Source of the DNA: Gemmatimonadota bacterium
GTDB lineage: Bacteria > Gemmatimonadota > Gemmatimonadetes > Gemmatimonadales > GWC2-71-9
DNA length: 35,296 nucleotides
Assembly (NCBI GenBank): GCA_003221005.1
Contig: QHTZ01000052.1
Location: 19,968-55,263 of the forward strand
Direction: 5' to 3'
Shown here in pieces: positions 34,934-35,296 of this stretch. The position numbers and the translations under genes are program-made. The first letter of the stretch is position 1, and the number at the start of each line of letters is the position of its first letter. Below the pieces are notes generated by a model. The model was given only the letters and a program-made list of their open reading frames with translations, was not told the DNA's origin and did not search any database.

Positions 34934-35296
34934 CAACAACATACTAGACACACCAAGCCAGGGGCGCTACCCTAATGGCACATGCCATCGGGGGCCTCCG
35001 TGATATCGTCCGTGGTGTCTTTCCCGGCCGCGCATTGCTGCCGCCAGTGGTAGCAGTCGCAACCTATTTCGATGACAGTAGAAAGGGCGGTATTTACGCG
35101 GTCGCTGGATATGTCGGCCATGTTGATGCGTGGGATGAAGTGTTCGCGCCACAGTGGAAAGCCTCAATCAAGCAGGCCCCCCACCCGATCACTGAGTTCG
35201 CGGCGAGTGATTGCGGCAACGGCCTTGGCGAGTTTAGGCCACCATGGACCAAACCTGAGCGCGACTCGCTAACTGAGCGACTTGTATCGCTCATTA
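34932..35296. mobile_element. Left end of a second, distinct IS1595-family element (truncated by the window edge)
   Basis: GGCAACAACATACTAGACACACCAAGCC matches the first element's right end GGCAATAACACAGTTGACACACCAAGCC at 24/28. Confidence 0.8.
34975..35295 (+). CDS. DUF3800-like (RNase H-fold-like) protein, partial; IS passenger (start uncertain)
   Basis: Manual translation ...VATYFDDSRKGGIYAVAGYVG...WDEVF..QW......ITEFAASDC.NG.GEF...W....R..L...LV.LI; open to the window end. Confidence 0.7.
   Translation, partial: MAHAIGGLRDIVRGVFPGRALLPPVVAVATYFDDSRKGGIYAVAGYVGHVDAWDEVFAPQWKASIKQAPHPITEFAASDCGNGLGEFRPPWTKPERDSLTERLVSLI

Noticed and set aside
31227-34954. Apparent covariation between IR (GTTG vs CTAG) and target (CTTG vs CTAG) suggesting base-pair-guided targeting
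   Set aside because: Only two examples, one informative base and an imperfect match in element 1; no precedent for DDE enzymes, so chance is sufficient
1-35296. tRNA, rRNA, riboswitch (e.g. FMN near ribD) or integron integrase
   Set aside because: No recognisable sequence or motif found by eye; a covariance-model scan was not possible

Overview
GC-rich bacterial window; the protein style suggests Gemmatimonadota, which is an inference only. The left half (1-17.4 kb) is mostly core genes on the minus strand: ribD (partial), an outer-membrane protein, purM, a PfkB kinase, argS, FmdB, a CPA2 antiporter, a CbbY-like HAD, an MFS transporter and a peroxiredoxin, plus ppc on the plus strand. From about 17.6 kb there is a run of small, mostly minus-strand accessory genes. 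From 22.3 kb to the right edge there is an integron gene-cassette array with 11 full-length attC sites (GCCTAAC...GTTAGGC, 90-142 bp, several sub-families) and 4 half-sites. No intI is in the window. The array holds two toxin-antitoxin cassettes. The most notable observation is two different IS1595-family elements inserted at the same nucleotide of the attC R'' box. One is complete (31235-32891; 23-bp perfect IRs, 8-bp TSD CTTGTTAG). The other starts at 34932, carries a DUF3800-like passenger and runs off the window. In both cases the IS terminal GG rebuilds the attC end. Several genes carry internal deletions, frameshifts or a 69-bp template-switch-like duplication, which may be real decay or assembly artefacts.
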